This document shows positions 19,340 to 29,315 of a stretch of 64,000 nucleotides of DNA, piece after piece. Source of the DNA: Oculatellaceae cyanobacterium bins.114 (lineage in GTDB: Bacteria; Cyanobacteriota; Cyanobacteriia; Elainellales; Elainellaceae); NCBI GenBank assembly GCA_033764315.1, contig JANRJA010000191.1:21249-85248 (forward strand), read 5' to 3'. The notes beneath the pieces are model-generated. The model made no database searches. It was given only the letters and a program-made list of their open reading frames with translations, and had not been told where the DNA came from. The translations under genes were made by a program, and so were the position numbers. Every line of letters begins with the position of its first letter. Position 1 is the stretch's first letter.

Positions 19340-19993
19340 TTGGAGATTAACGTGACAGAACTGCTTCTGTTTCTGCAAAGTGCCCTTATTACCCTGTTGG
19401 TTTCTGTAGCAGGATGTTTAATTGGAATTCCACTAGGGTTGGCGATCGCCGTTGGCCGGGTGAGAAAAATTCTCGTCCTAACACCGTTTTTGGCAGTCTA
19501 TGTCAGTTTTATTCGCAGTTTGCCACTAGTGCTGTTTGTTATGTTGTTTTATTTTGGTTTACCGATTCTCGGTGTTAACCTCAACCCCTATGTCGCTGGT
19601 GTTTTGGCTCTGGCATTGAACAATGCTGCTTTCTCTAGCGAGATTTGGCGAGGGGCGATCGTTGACTTTTCGGTAGAGCAGGTAGATGCGGCTAGAGCCT
19701 TTGGCATGACCCAACAGCAGACTTTTTGGCGCGTTATGTTGCCACAAGTCTGGCGAGCCAGCATTCCCCCTATCACAAGCGAAGTCACCTTACTGCTTAA
19801 AGCCAGTCCTGCTGTTGGCATTATCGGCATTAATGAGCTGACTCGCCGTGCCAGTGCTTTAGCTGCCAGCAATTATGAACCCTTGAGAATGTTGCTCACA
19901 GCCACTCTCTTATACATGATTGTGATTCTGGCAATCACTCAAGTCGGTCGTCGTGTCGAACACCACTTCCATAGCCAATACGAACTTGTATAG
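19340..19993 (+). CDS. Polar amino acid ABC transporter permease
   Basis: YVSFIRSLPLV, AFSSEIWRGAI and EAA-like loop QVDAARAFGM. Confidence 0.88.
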   Translation: MEINVTELLLFLQSALITLLVSVAGCLIGIPLGLAIAVGRVRKILVLTPFLAVYVSFIRSLPLVLFVMLFYFGLPILGVNLNPYVAGVLALALNNAAFSSEIWRGAIVDFSVEQVDAARAFGMTQQQTFWRVMLPQVWRASIPPITSEVTLLLKASPAVGIIGINELTRRASALAASNYEPLRMLLTATLLYMIVILAITQVGRRVEHHFHSQYELV

Positions 19994-19995
19994 CC

Positions 19996-20658
19996 ATGAA
20001 TTTCCGGTTTGAAGTCATTTGGGAACAACTCCCTGCCTTTGGAGAAGGACTCTGGAACACAATCTGGATTTGTGTATTGGGAATGATCCTATCCATGATC
20101 ACAGGAATTCTATTCCTGCTACCACTACTATCGCGCCGTGCCATTTTGCGAGTTCCTGCAAAGATCTTTGTAGAGGCAGGACGGGCTATCCCAATTCTGA
20201 TGCTGATCTACCTGGTGTTTTATGGGCTGCCTGTGTTTGGGATTACCCTCACTAGTTGGACAACGGCAATTTTGTCTCTAGTGCTATACAACACGGCTTA
20301 CATTGCAGAAATCTTGCATTCTGCCTGGGTCAATCTTCCCAATGGACAAATTGAAGCAGGTCGCGCCTTTGGATATAACGGATTCAAGTTATTACGTCGA
20401 ATTGTATTACCGCAAATTTTAATCTCTGCATCTCCTGTATTAGGTAATCAATTTATTCAAGTCATTAAAGACTCTGCATTCCTTGCTGTGATTACAGTTC
20501 CAGAGTTAACTCAAGCAGCTAGACGAGTTCAGGCAGATTATTTTGTACCCTTTGAGTCTTTTATTTTCGCGGCATTGTTGTATTGGGTGTTATGTCTAGT
20601 GGTTGAAGCTGGTGTTAAGCAAGTTGAACAGATGAGGGCTGTATATGCTAGAGCTTGA
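19996..20658 (+). CDS. Polar amino acid ABC transporter permease
   Basis: AYIAEIL, GQIEAGRAFG and IKDSA motifs. Confidence 0.88.
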   Translation: MNFRFEVIWEQLPAFGEGLWNTIWICVLGMILSMITGILFLLPLLSRRAILRVPAKIFVEAGRAIPILMLIYLVFYGLPVFGITLTSWTTAILSLVLYNTAYIAEILHSAWVNLPNGQIEAGRAFGYNGFKLLRRIVLPQILISASPVLGNQFIQVIKDSAFLAVITVPELTQAARRVQADYFVPFESFIFAALLYWVLCLVVEAGVKQVEQMRAVYARA

Positions 20659-21436
20659 GCGAAATACAGAGACAGTACCGGCTGTCCGACTAATGCAGTT
20701 GTCTAAGAAATATGGCAAGCATGAAGTGCTAAAAGAGATTGATCTAACCGTTGTTTCAGGAGAAACAGTCTGTCTTTTGGGACCAAGTGGATCAGGTAAA
20801 TCAACTCTGTTACGCTGCATCAACTTTCTAGAAACAACTGATTTCGGTGAAATTCATCTACACGGCACCTATGTCGCTTGTGGACGCATGGCAGGGCGAT
20901 CGGCGTTGCCAGAGGCAGAACTGGCAAAGTTACGCACCCGTGTCAGCATGGTGTTTCAACACTTCAATCTATGGCCTCATATGACGGTCTTAGGAAACAT
21001 TATCGAAGCTCCAATTCATGTACAAAAACGTCCTCGAGCTGAGGTGATTACAGAGGCAGAAGCTCTGCTCGATAAAGTTGGCTTGCTCAATAAACGAGAT
21101 GTTTATCCCTCTCGCTTATCCGGTGGACAAAAGCAACGGGTGGGCATCGCCCGTGCCTTGGCAATGAAGTCAGAGGTGATTTTATTAGATGAACCCACCA
21201 GTTCCCTTGATCCAGAATTAGTGGGAGAAGTGTTATCGGTCATTCAACAACTGGCTCAAGAAGGGATGACCATGATTATTGCCACCCACGAAATGGACTT
21301 TGCTCATGAGGTTGCTAATCGGATCGTCTTCTTAGATGGTGGACGTATTATCGAAGAAGCCGATCCAAAAACCTTCTTTAAACATCCTTCGACAGAACGT
21401 GCAAAACAATTTTTAGAGCGATACGTAAGACATTGA
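20645..21436 (+). CDS. Polar amino acid ABC transporter ATP-binding protein (GlnQ-like)
   Basis: [26 protein letters not shown] and LDEPTSSLDPELVGEVL. Confidence 0.92.
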   Translation: MLELERNTETVPAVRLMQLSKKYGKHEVLKEIDLTVVSGETVCLLGPSGSGKSTLLRCINFLETTDFGEIHLHGTYVACGRMAGRSALPEAELAKLRTRVSMVFQHFNLWPHMTVLGNIIEAPIHVQKRPRAEVITEAEALLDKVGLLNKRDVYPSRLSGGQKQRVGIARALAMKSEVILLDEPTSSLDPELVGEVLSVIQQLAQEGMTMIIATHEMDFAHEVANRIVFLDGGRIIEEADPKTFFKHPSTERAKQFLERYVRH

Positions 21437-21643
21437 GTATCACCTTAGTTTCAAAATTTAAATCTAGTCCTTCTTAAGAGGGTATTGCTGAATACAGGTA
21501 TGATTCACGGACGTTGATCTTGACAGCAGAGGCGTTTCACAAAACATCCTGACGAAATTCATACATTCGATCAATAACCTCTAAAAGAGCGACAGATCTA
21601 GTTTAGAAATTTGCTTAGTTTTACAGTGTTAGGAGTTAGGGTT

Positions 21644-22276
21644 ATGAGTGAAACACTGAGCGTGCCTCAGATTGAAGGAACTGTTCTTTTAGATGAAATT
21701 GTGCAACCAGGAGAACCTTGGGGAAAAGTTATTAGTAAAGGGCAGATCCTCAGAATCATTGATTTAGAAGGGTGTCAGGCTGTCGATTTTCTCTGTTACA
21801 ATGCTGCCAATTCAGCTGAACGGTATAACGCAGCTGACACCATGAAGATTCAGGGAAATATTTGTCTGCACAAAGGCACAAAGTTATATTCTGGTTTGGG
21901 GAACGTGTTGTTCACCGTTTTAGAAGACACCTGCGGTAACCATGACACGATCGCCGGATGTTGTAGTGCCGAGAGTAACTTTGTGCGTTATGGCAAATTA
22001 AATACTCCCAACTGTCGCGATAACTTTCTCAAAATTTTGGGAGAGTTTGGTTTGGGAATGAAAGATATTGTCTCAAATGTCAACTTTTTTATGAATGTGC
22101 CAGTTCTATCAGACGGCAGTATGGCCGTGTCTGATGGAGTGTCAAGCCCCGGTGATTATGTTGATCTGCTAGCAGAAATGGATGTGTTAGCGGTTATCTC
22201 CAACTGCCCTCAGATTTACAACCCCGCGAATGGATTTAACCCAACTCCTATTCGTGTCATCATTTGGCAACCTTAA
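21644..22276 (+). CDS. DUF1989 / urea carboxylase-associated family protein (second paralogue)
   Basis: IIDLEGCQAVD.LCYNA, HDTIAGCCS.ESN..RYG, NCRDNF, NFFMNVPV and SNCPQ..NP.NGFNPTP; ATG at 21644 with AGGAG RBS. Confidence 0.88.
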   Translation: MSETLSVPQIEGTVLLDEIVQPGEPWGKVISKGQILRIIDLEGCQAVDFLCYNAANSAERYNAADTMKIQGNICLHKGTKLYSGLGNVLFTVLEDTCGNHDTIAGCCSAESNFVRYGKLNTPNCRDNFLKILGEFGLGMKDIVSNVNFFMNVPVLSDGSMAVSDGVSSPGDYVDLLAEMDVLAVISNCPQIYNPANGFNPTPIRVIIWQP

Positions 22277-22290
22277 CACCTACCTGTTAC

Positions 22291-22346
22291 AGACGCGATG
22301 AATCGCGTCTCTTCTACACCCTACACAGACGTGATGAATCGCGTCT
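22291..22346. repeat. Two tandem REP-like palindromes AGACG(C/T)GATGAATCGCGTCT
   Basis: Copies start at 22291 and 22327; a degenerate copy lies near 6582-6601. Confidence 0.7.
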
Positions 22347-22364
22347 CTGCCACCCCTCTTAATT

Positions 22365-22922
22365 ATGAAAACTGTTAACTTCACTCGCATGGATCAAGGG
22401 ACTGCTGCCGATTGGCAATTGTTAGATCAAGCCGACCATGCTCTGATGCCAATGATTGTTGAAAATGTGTTGGGTTTGTTGAAAAACTTACAAGGATTTG
22501 AAACCGCCTTTCAAATCGATCGCTTTCAACATTCACTGCAAACGGCAACTCGTGCTTATCGGGATGGGGCAGATGAAGAAGCGGTTGTAGTGGCATTATT
22601 ACATGACATAGGCGACACCCTCGCCATTGACAATCACTCTGAATTGGCCGCTGCTATTCTGCGCCCTTACGTATCTGAAAACCATTATTGGCTGGTCAAA
22701 CATCACGGTTTATTCCAGGGTTATTATTACTTCCAGTTTTATGGGCGCGATCGCAACGAGCGAGATCGATTTCGAGCTCATCCAGCCTACCAAATGACTG
22801 TTGATTTCTGTGAGAACTGGGATCAGCGATCGTTTGATCCAGACTACGATACACTGCCTCTTGAGTTCTTTGAACCGATGGTGCGTCGTATTTTTGCCCA
22901 TCCATCTCAGCGAGCGGTTTAG
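22365..22922 (+). CDS. HD-domain metalloprotein (COG4341-like, distantly PhnZ-related)
   Basis: QHSLQTATRA..DGADEE..V.ALLHDIGD, NHSE, KHHG and WDQ.SFD. Confidence 0.8.
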   Translation: MKTVNFTRMDQGTAADWQLLDQADHALMPMIVENVLGLLKNLQGFETAFQIDRFQHSLQTATRAYRDGADEEAVVVALLHDIGDTLAIDNHSELAAAILRPYVSENHYWLVKHHGLFQGYYYFQFYGRDRNERDRFRAHPAYQMTVDFCENWDQRSFDPDYDTLPLEFFEPMVRRIFAHPSQRAV

Positions 22923-22927
22923 AATAT

Positions 22928-23338
22928 CTAGTTGCCACAATAGACAATTAAATCAATCTCAAGAGCGCATTGATCCGCTAACCCTGTGACCCCCACTGTC
23001 GTACGGCAAGGCAGGCGATCGCGCGTCAAATAAGACGTATAAACAGCATTAACCGCCTCGTAATCTCGAAAGTCTATCAAAAAAATCCGCGCCATCACGA
23101 CTCGATCAAATCCTGTACCTGCCTCAGTCAAAATCGTCTTCAAATTTTCCATCACACTTTTTGTCTGCTCTGCAATGGACAAACGATTGTTTCCACTCCA
23201 TGAAATATCTTCAGCAGGATAGAGACAATCACTAGCCACTTGCCCACTCACAAATAAAAAGTCACCTGCTCGAACTGCATGAGAGAACGGTAAATTAACA
23301 GAATCTAGATCATGGCGTAGCGAAATATGTTGAAACAT
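22928..23338 (-). CDS. RidA/YjgF family protein
   Basis: PFSHAVRAGDFLFVSGQ, VNAVY..Y, PCRTTVGV..L and LEID. Confidence 0.9.
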   Translation of the reverse strand: MFQHISLRHDLDSVNLPFSHAVRAGDFLFVSGQVASDCLYPAEDISWSGNNRLSIAEQTKSVMENLKTILTEAGTGFDRVVMARIFLIDFRDYEAVNAVYTSYLTRDRLPCRTTVGVTGLADQCALEIDLIVYCGN

Positions 23339-23462
23339 AGAGAGATACTATAGTAGTCCTAAATAGTAGTCTTAAAGCAGTTGTGAGATGGGTGGGGTGT
23401 GAGAGTAGTCCTAATTATTTTCAACAGTCTTATGAATTCAGGTTTATTATCTTGGTACAAGT

Positions 23463-24176
23463 GTGGATGAACTAATAATTAGTTCTATTGTGATGCTGGC
23501 AGCGATCGCTCAAAGTTTTACAGGATTTGGCTTTTCTTTAGTAGCAATAGCCTTATTACCCAGTGTCATCAGCATCAAACTTGCAGTCCCATTTGTAGCA
23601 TTATTTTCAGCTATCAGCAATGGTACGTTGTGGTTCTATCATCGACATCATTTTGATCACATTGTTGTTCTTCAATTATCTATCGCGGCTATTATGGCAA
23701 TGCCACTTGGCATTGTCGTATTACACTATATTTCTGACAAAACAGCCCTTCAGAGCTTAGGAATTTTACTGATTAGTTATGTTATTTACAACTACTTCCA
23801 CTTCAAATTACCCAATCTAAAATCTCCTCAATGGGTCTATATTTTTGGTGGTTTATCAGGTTTTTTAACGGGAGCCTATAACACAGGAGGACCACCCGCT
23901 GTCATTTATGGAACTTGCAAACACTGGACTCCAGAAGAGTTTAAGGGGAACTTGCCCTGCTTTTTCTTGATCAGCTCTACGGTTGCGATCGCGGGTCATG
24001 CATTTCAAGGCAATTTAAGCGTCACTATTTGGACGCTGGCTCTCGTTTCAATCCCTGGATTTTTGCTTGGCTTGGCGATCGGAACTCTGATATCCAATCA
24101 CCTAAAACCATCTCTATTTAAACATGTTGTTTTAGGGCTATTACTACTCATGGGTCTCCGTTTAATCAGCCGATAG
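23463..24176 (+). CDS. Sulfite exporter TauE/SafE family membrane protein
   Basis: TGFGFSLVA and GGLSGFLTGAYNTGGPP; multiple TM helices. Confidence 0.85.
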   Translation: MDELIISSIVMLAAIAQSFTGFGFSLVAIALLPSVISIKLAVPFVALFSAISNGTLWFYHRHHFDHIVVLQLSIAAIMAMPLGIVVLHYISDKTALQSLGILLISYVIYNYFHFKLPNLKSPQWVYIFGGLSGFLTGAYNTGGPPAVIYGTCKHWTPEEFKGNLPCFFLISSTVAIAGHAFQGNLSVTIWTLALVSIPGFLLGLAIGTLISNHLKPSLFKHVVLGLLLLMGLRLISR

Positions 24177-24256
24177 AGTTTTCTCAAACCCTAACAAAAC
24201 CATCTCGATCGAGGCAAGATGTACCCATGAGTAGTGACCCATCACCAGTACCAAAC

Positions 24257-25054
24257 TCAAACCACTTTTGTCACATCTGGAAATTCTGTTCTGACTGCTT
24301 TTGCAATTAGCGTCGTGAAGTCATTTAACATCAGTTCACCCTTTTCTGAATTTGCTTTTTTGGCAGACGACAACACTCCACTAGAAGGAACCCAGTGGGT
24401 GTGGGTCGGGAAGTGGTCATAGCAAGGAAAATCAGCCGGAGGTTCGTCAGGAATGAGCTGAGGTTTTACTTTATCAGGATGCATCGCCATCATGCAGGAG
24501 GTTTCCATAATGGCGGCGTGTTCCAGTGCCCAACTGGTAAAGTCTTTACCAAAGACAGTATCTACCGTTTCTGGATCAATGAAATCCCAATAATCTAAGC
24601 GCATGATGCGCGTATTGGCGTCGCCCCGTTCTCGCATGAATAGTTCAATGCCTTCTGTCAAAAACCAGGTATTTTCAAAATGCCCATTAAGCACCACAAT
24701 ATGCCGCGCTCCGTGACGGTTGAATTCGCGCAACAGATCACACATCATTAGGCTGAGGGTATGCCCATCCAGGCTGGTGGTTCCTGGAAAGTGATTGCCC
24801 CCACCCGATCGCGGCATAGACTTGTAGCCATAACTAATCGGATGCGCCACCATCGCGCCCAACTTACGGGCAGCCAACGCGCTCACCCCTTGTGACATAT
24901 ACATATCTGTGCCTAGAGGCAAATGGGGACCATGTTGTTCAATAGAGCCAACCGGGATAAAGATGACATTGCCCTGCTGAACGCGATCGCGATACTCCAT
25001 CCACGACAAACATTCCATCAACACATCGGCATGATTATCAACAAAGTGATCCAT
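24257..25054 (-). CDS. crnA: Creatininase (creatinine amidohydrolase) family protein
   Basis: PVGSIEQHGPHLPLGTD, GYKSMPRSGGGNHFPGTTSLDG, NGHFEN and EHAAIMETS. Confidence 0.85.
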   Translation of the reverse strand: MDHFVDNHADVLMECLSWMEYRDRVQQGNVIFIPVGSIEQHGPHLPLGTDMYMSQGVSALAARKLGAMVAHPISYGYKSMPRSGGGNHFPGTTSLDGHTLSLMMCDLLREFNRHGARHIVVLNGHFENTWFLTEGIELFMRERGDANTRIMRLDYWDFIDPETVDTVFGKDFTSWALEHAAIMETSCMMAMHPDKVKPQLIPDEPPADFPCYDHFPTHTHWVPSSGVLSSAKKANSEKGELMLNDFTTLIAKAVRTEFPDVTKVV

Positions 25055-25065
25055 GATGTACCTAA

Positions 25066-25887
25066 TTACCTTTTTTGATTGAGCAGCAGTGGAATCAGTA
25101 AAAACTCCACGCCAATTAACAACAACGCAGAAATCGCAAACACAATAGTTCCGATCGCATTTAAAGATGGACTCAGGTTTGCACCGAGAAATGTGTAAAT
25201 TGCAACGGGTAAAGTTTGTTCAAAACCAGAGACAAACCAGGCAATCACAAACTCATCAAACGAAAAAGTGAACGCCAGCAGCCACGCTCCAGCAATACCT
25301 GGAATTGCCCAGGGTAAGACAATGCGATATAACGCCTGCCATTCTGTTGCCCCTAGATTCCAAGCTGCTGCTTCCAGATCACGGGGCATCTGCGCCAATC
25401 GTAAAGTAATCAGGGCGATCGCCGTTGGAATCAGAATCACCACATGGGTAATCAAAACGCTGTATAACTGTCCTTGCAGATTGACGCGAGATAACAAACC
25501 GAGAAAAGCAACTCCCAGAATTAAAGGCGGTACCAGAATCGGAATCAGAAATAATAGCGAAAGCAAACTCTTGCCAGGAAAGGTAAAGCGATTCAGCACA
25601 TAGGCCGCAAAAAAGCCCATCACGGTGGCGATCGTTGCTGCTAGAGGAGACACGATCAAGCTATTTTTTAGCGACAGCAGCAAGCGTCCATCGCTAAATA
25701 ACTCTTGATACCAACTCCAGGTCCAACCTGTCCAGGGAATGGTGGCGAAGCGAGAATTTTCAAAGGAAAAGGCAATCAGAGTGAAGATGGGCAGCAATAG
25801 AAATACAAACACCAACCCCAGATAAATCCAGCTTGCGATCGCCAATCCATAGTCAGCGGGTTGTTTTGCCTGAGTCGTCATGGTCAC
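25066..25887 (-). CDS. PotC-type ABC transporter permease
   Basis: LEAAAWNLGA EAA loop, FTFSFDEF and TLPVAIY. Confidence 0.88.
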   Translation of the reverse strand: MTMTTQAKQPADYGLAIASWIYLGLVFVFLLLPIFTLIAFSFENSRFATIPWTGWTWSWYQELFSDGRLLLSLKNSLIVSPLAATIATVMGFFAAYVLNRFTFPGKSLLSLLFLIPILVPPLILGVAFLGLLSRVNLQGQLYSVLITHVVILIPTAIALITLRLAQMPRDLEAAAWNLGATEWQALYRIVLPWAIPGIAGAWLLAFTFSFDEFVIAWFVSGFEQTLPVAIYTFLGANLSPSLNAIGTIVFAISALLLIGVEFLLIPLLLNQKR

Positions 25888-26804
25888 TGCTCCGATTCTG
25901 ACAGTTTAAATCCGGCAATCAAAATTATCATCATAATCAAAATCAAAATCGTTGCCAGTGCAGACGTGCGGGGCAGGTTGGTGGATGCCGCATATTCATT
26001 CAGAATCATGCTGGAAAAGAGGGGGAATTTTCCCAGGATAGATTGCCCCGTCCCTCCTCCCAAAATAATGCCTGATAACACATCTCCTAAACTGATAATC
26101 AAACCAAAGATGGCACTGTAGATGATCCCCAATCGACTGAGCGGCAGAATCACTCGACAAAAAGTTTGCCATCGGGTTGCCCCCAAATTACGAGCAGCTT
26201 CGATCAAACTGCGATCGCTATTTCGCAACACCAAATACAGGATCAAGATCATAATTGGCGCGAGATAGTGCAGCAGTCCTAAGCGAGTGCCCCATTGTGT
26301 AAAAATAATCTGCAAGGGCGTATCGATCCAGTGCAGTTTTAAGAGCAATGTGTTCAGCAATCCATTCGTGTTAATGATCGTTTGCCATGCGTAGAGTCGT
26401 AGAATATAACTCGTCCAAAAAGGGGCGATCGCTAACACCAAAAAAAATCGTTGATAGCGTTCTGGAACAACAAACGCCAACACCATCGCGAATGGATAAC
26501 AGACTAAAATTCCCAGTGCTGTTGTTGTCACTGCGACCCAAAAGGATTGCAGAATGGCAAAGGCATAGCGCGATCGCGTCAAGAACTGACTAAAGATATC
26601 ACTATAGTTTTCAAGGGAGAAGCCGGGGACAGCGCGATAATTTTCCGTTGTCCAAAAGCCAATCCAGATCAGGAACAACAACGGCAACAAAAAAAATACC
26701 GCATCGTAAATCACTGCCGGAGCCAGACCAATATATTTCAACAGGCTGGCTTGACTAGGCAGCTTCAGGGGTGGCGATCGCGTTTCAGAAATTGGGTTGG
26801 TCAT
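25884..26804 (-). CDS. PotB-type ABC transporter permease
   Basis: PFWTSYILRLYAW, NGLLNTLL and LIEAARNLGA; 4-bp overlaps with both neighbours. Confidence 0.88.
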   Translation of the reverse strand: MTNPISETRSPPLKLPSQASLLKYIGLAPAVIYDAVFFLLPLLFLIWIGFWTTENYRAVPGFSLENYSDIFSQFLTRSRYAFAILQSFWVAVTTTALGILVCYPFAMVLAFVVPERYQRFFLVLAIAPFWTSYILRLYAWQTIINTNGLLNTLLLKLHWIDTPLQIIFTQWGTRLGLLHYLAPIMILILYLVLRNSDRSLIEAARNLGATRWQTFCRVILPLSRLGIIYSAIFGLIISLGDVLSGIILGGGTGQSILGKFPLFSSMILNEYAASTNLPRTSALATILILIMMIILIAGFKLSESEQ

Positions 26805-27994
26805 GACAGTTGCCCACTCATCCGTTCACCCAACAATCCGCTATCCTCCGTCCTCCAGGACAAATTCACCTGACTGTTAATCGGAATTTGCAAACTGTGA
26901 TCAAAGGATTCCTGTCGAATCACTTTAATTTCATACCCCGTCTCGGTTTCCAGGACATAGATCACCTGAGAACCCATAAACTCCCGTCCTCGCAAGGTGG
27001 CTTTAAGGCTGTTTTCTGTAGTTGATGGAGACTGAGTCAGGGCAATTCGATCGGCAGGGATAATCACTGTGACGCGATCGCCCACTTGATGAGATAACTC
27101 CTGTATAGGGGTTTCAAAAATTCCTTGCGGGCAACGAACCGTCACCGTCTGGGAACTGACTCGCATCACATCCCCATCTAACAAATTGTTGTTGCCCACA
27201 AATTCTGCAACAAAATGAGTTGCCGGACGGGTATAAATGTCGGCGGGAGACCCCACCTGCTCAATCTTGCCCCGATTCATCACCACCACCCGATCCGCCA
27301 TCGAAAACGCTTCATTTTGGTTATGGGTGACGTAAATGAACGAGATGCCCAATGCCTGCTGCAAACGTTTTAATTCCCCTTGCATCCTCACCCGTAGATG
27401 CGGATCGAGGGCACTCATCGGCTCATCCAGCAGCAGAATTTTGGGTTCCGTGATCAGAGCGCGGGCGATCGCCACCCGCTGTTTTTGCCCACCGCTGATT
27501 TGGCTGATCCGCCGATCAAGCAACCCATCCAGATGCAAAAGGGAGGCGATCGCCTGAATCCGTTGCTGCACCTCAGCTTTGCGGTGAGGCACCAGCGTTA
27601 AGCCAAAGGCAATATTCTGGCGCACGTTCAGGTGGGGAAATAGGGCAAAACTTTGCCACACCATTGGCGTATTGCGTTGATGCACCGGCAAATGGGTAAT
27701 ATCCTTACCCCGCAAACGAATTTCCCCAGTCGTAGTGCCTTCCAACCCTGCCATGACCCGTAGCAGCGTGGTTTTGCCACAGCCACTGGGGCCCATAATG
27801 GCGACAAATTCTCCGGCGGTGACACTGAGATTAATCTCATGCAACACCGACAGCGCACCATATTGCTTAGAAATATGGCGCAATTCTAGATCATGTGCAG
27901 GCAGGGCTGAAGCAGGAGATGGCAGGGGCTGCTCTATAGCCGCGATCGCCTGACCAGCCCCCGCCTGTTGTGGGTGAGAGTCAAAGAGCGGCAT
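26801..27994 (-). CDS. PotA-type ABC transporter ATP-binding protein
   Basis: [37 protein letters not shown] and a C-terminal TOBE-like region. Confidence 0.9.
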   Translation of the reverse strand: MPLFDSHPQQAGAGQAIAAIEQPLPSPASALPAHDLELRHISKQYGALSVLHEINLSVTAGEFVAIMGPSGCGKTTLLRVMAGLEGTTTGEIRLRGKDITHLPVHQRNTPMVWQSFALFPHLNVRQNIAFGLTLVPHRKAEVQQRIQAIASLLHLDGLLDRRISQISGGQKQRVAIARALITEPKILLLDEPMSALDPHLRVRMQGELKRLQQALGISFIYVTHNQNEAFSMADRVVVMNRGKIEQVGSPADIYTRPATHFVAEFVGNNNLLDGDVMRVSSQTVTVRCPQGIFETPIQELSHQVGDRVTVIIPADRIALTQSPSTTENSLKATLRGREFMGSQVIYVLETETGYEIKVIRQESFDHSLQIPINSQVNLSWRTEDSGLLGERMSGQLS

Positions 27995-29205
27995 CAGCTT
28001 GTCTTAAATTCGTTATAAAGGTCTTGCCAAACTTTTTCGGGTTGATTGACAGGCAATTGACGGGCACGACTGCGCTCAATCTGAACTTCAACCACGAGTT
28101 TGTCAGGAGTGTCGGGATCAGGCACATAGCCCAATAGTTGCTTCTCTGCATCGCTCATGAAATCTACCGCTTTCAAGTTGGGCGCAATGCCTTTATAGGC
28201 TTTTGCATTGGCTAGACGGGCTTGCGTTTCGGGCAGAGACATATACTTGACCCATTCCAACGCCAATGCTTTGTTCTGGCTAGCCGAACAGACGGTAGCC
28301 CCCTCACTCCAACGAATTGAGCCTTCTTTAGGCACCACTGCGGCAAAGTTGTCATGTCCATCGGCGATCGCATTTTGAATCAACCAGTCACCCACTGGCC
28401 CCGCAATGATACTTTCGTTGATAAAGGCGTTCGTGATGTCTTGAATATTGGGAGTAATTAACGCTACGTTAGGCTTTACCTTAATCAGCCAATCCTTCAC
28501 CTGCTGCAACTGGTCGTCGGTCAGTTCGTAGGGATTGGGATTATCCGGGAACAGAGCAAGGCTGGCGTTACCCATGTTGGGCAGATACCAGTCAAAAAAT
28601 GCCACCTTGCCTTTCAAGTCTTCCCGCGTCAAAAACTCCCAACTGGTGACTTCTTCTGGCTTAATATACTTGGTGTTGAAAGCAATGCCATAGTTGCCGT
28701 AGCGCGTGCCCACCGCCATGACGTTGCCGTCTTGAATGAAGCCGGGAAAGTCTTGATAAGCGGGAATGAAGTTTTTAATTTCGGGGAAGTCGTCGGCGTT
28801 GAGAGCCTCAACTGCCCCCAGTTCCACCAGTTTCTTCACGTATTCGCCATCAGAAATAATGCCGTCAAATGTACCGGGGGGCGATTGGTTGAAGAATTGC
28901 AGCATTTGTTCGCCGCCCACGTAGGTCTTGAACTCGACCTTGGCTCCTGTCTGCTCCTGAAACTTGCCGATCACCTCTGGTTCGTCATAGCCCGACCAGG
29001 AGAGAATCCGTAATGTCCCGCCACTCGCCGTAGGGCTAGCAGGAGCCTCTGCCGCAGGACTGCTCTCGGCGGGCGTCGGTTGAGAGGTGCATCCAATCAA
29101 GCGGGTGGTCGCTGCTGCCAGAGATGCGGTTGAGGCAAACTGAATAAATTTGCGTCGGCTAAGAGAACTGATAAATTTTGTCCGTCGTTGATTCATAAGA
29201 CTCAC
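27994..29205 (-). CDS. PotD-type ABC substrate-binding protein (Tat-type lipoprotein)
   Basis: SRRKFI twin-arginine motif, LIGC lipobox-like site, LSWSGY and PKEGSIRW. Confidence 0.88.
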   Translation of the reverse strand: MSLMNQRRTKFISSLSRRKFIQFASTASLAAATTRLIGCTSQPTPAESSPAAEAPASPTASGGTLRILSWSGYDEPEVIGKFQEQTGAKVEFKTYVGGEQMLQFFNQSPPGTFDGIISDGEYVKKLVELGAVEALNADDFPEIKNFIPAYQDFPGFIQDGNVMAVGTRYGNYGIAFNTKYIKPEEVTSWEFLTREDLKGKVAFFDWYLPNMGNASLALFPDNPNPYELTDDQLQQVKDWLIKVKPNVALITPNIQDITNAFINESIIAGPVGDWLIQNAIADGHDNFAAVVPKEGSIRWSEGATVCSASQNKALALEWVKYMSLPETQARLANAKAYKGIAPNLKAVDFMSDAEKQLLGYVPDPDTPDKLVVEVQIERSRARQLPVNQPEKVWQDLYNEFKTS

Positions 29206-29223
29206 TCAATCACTCAATAAACA

Positions 29224-29291
29224 GTAGGTGGGCAATGCCCACAATAGATTCAATCCTTAACTTGTGAATTGGGTGGGCAATACCCACCTAC
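29224..29291. repeat. Inverted pair of GTAG-type REP elements
   Basis: GTAGGTGGGCAATGCCCAC ... GTGGGCAATACCCACCTAC. Confidence 0.7.
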
Positions 29292-29315
29292 AAGACTCTA
29301 CGAAATTTTATCGGG

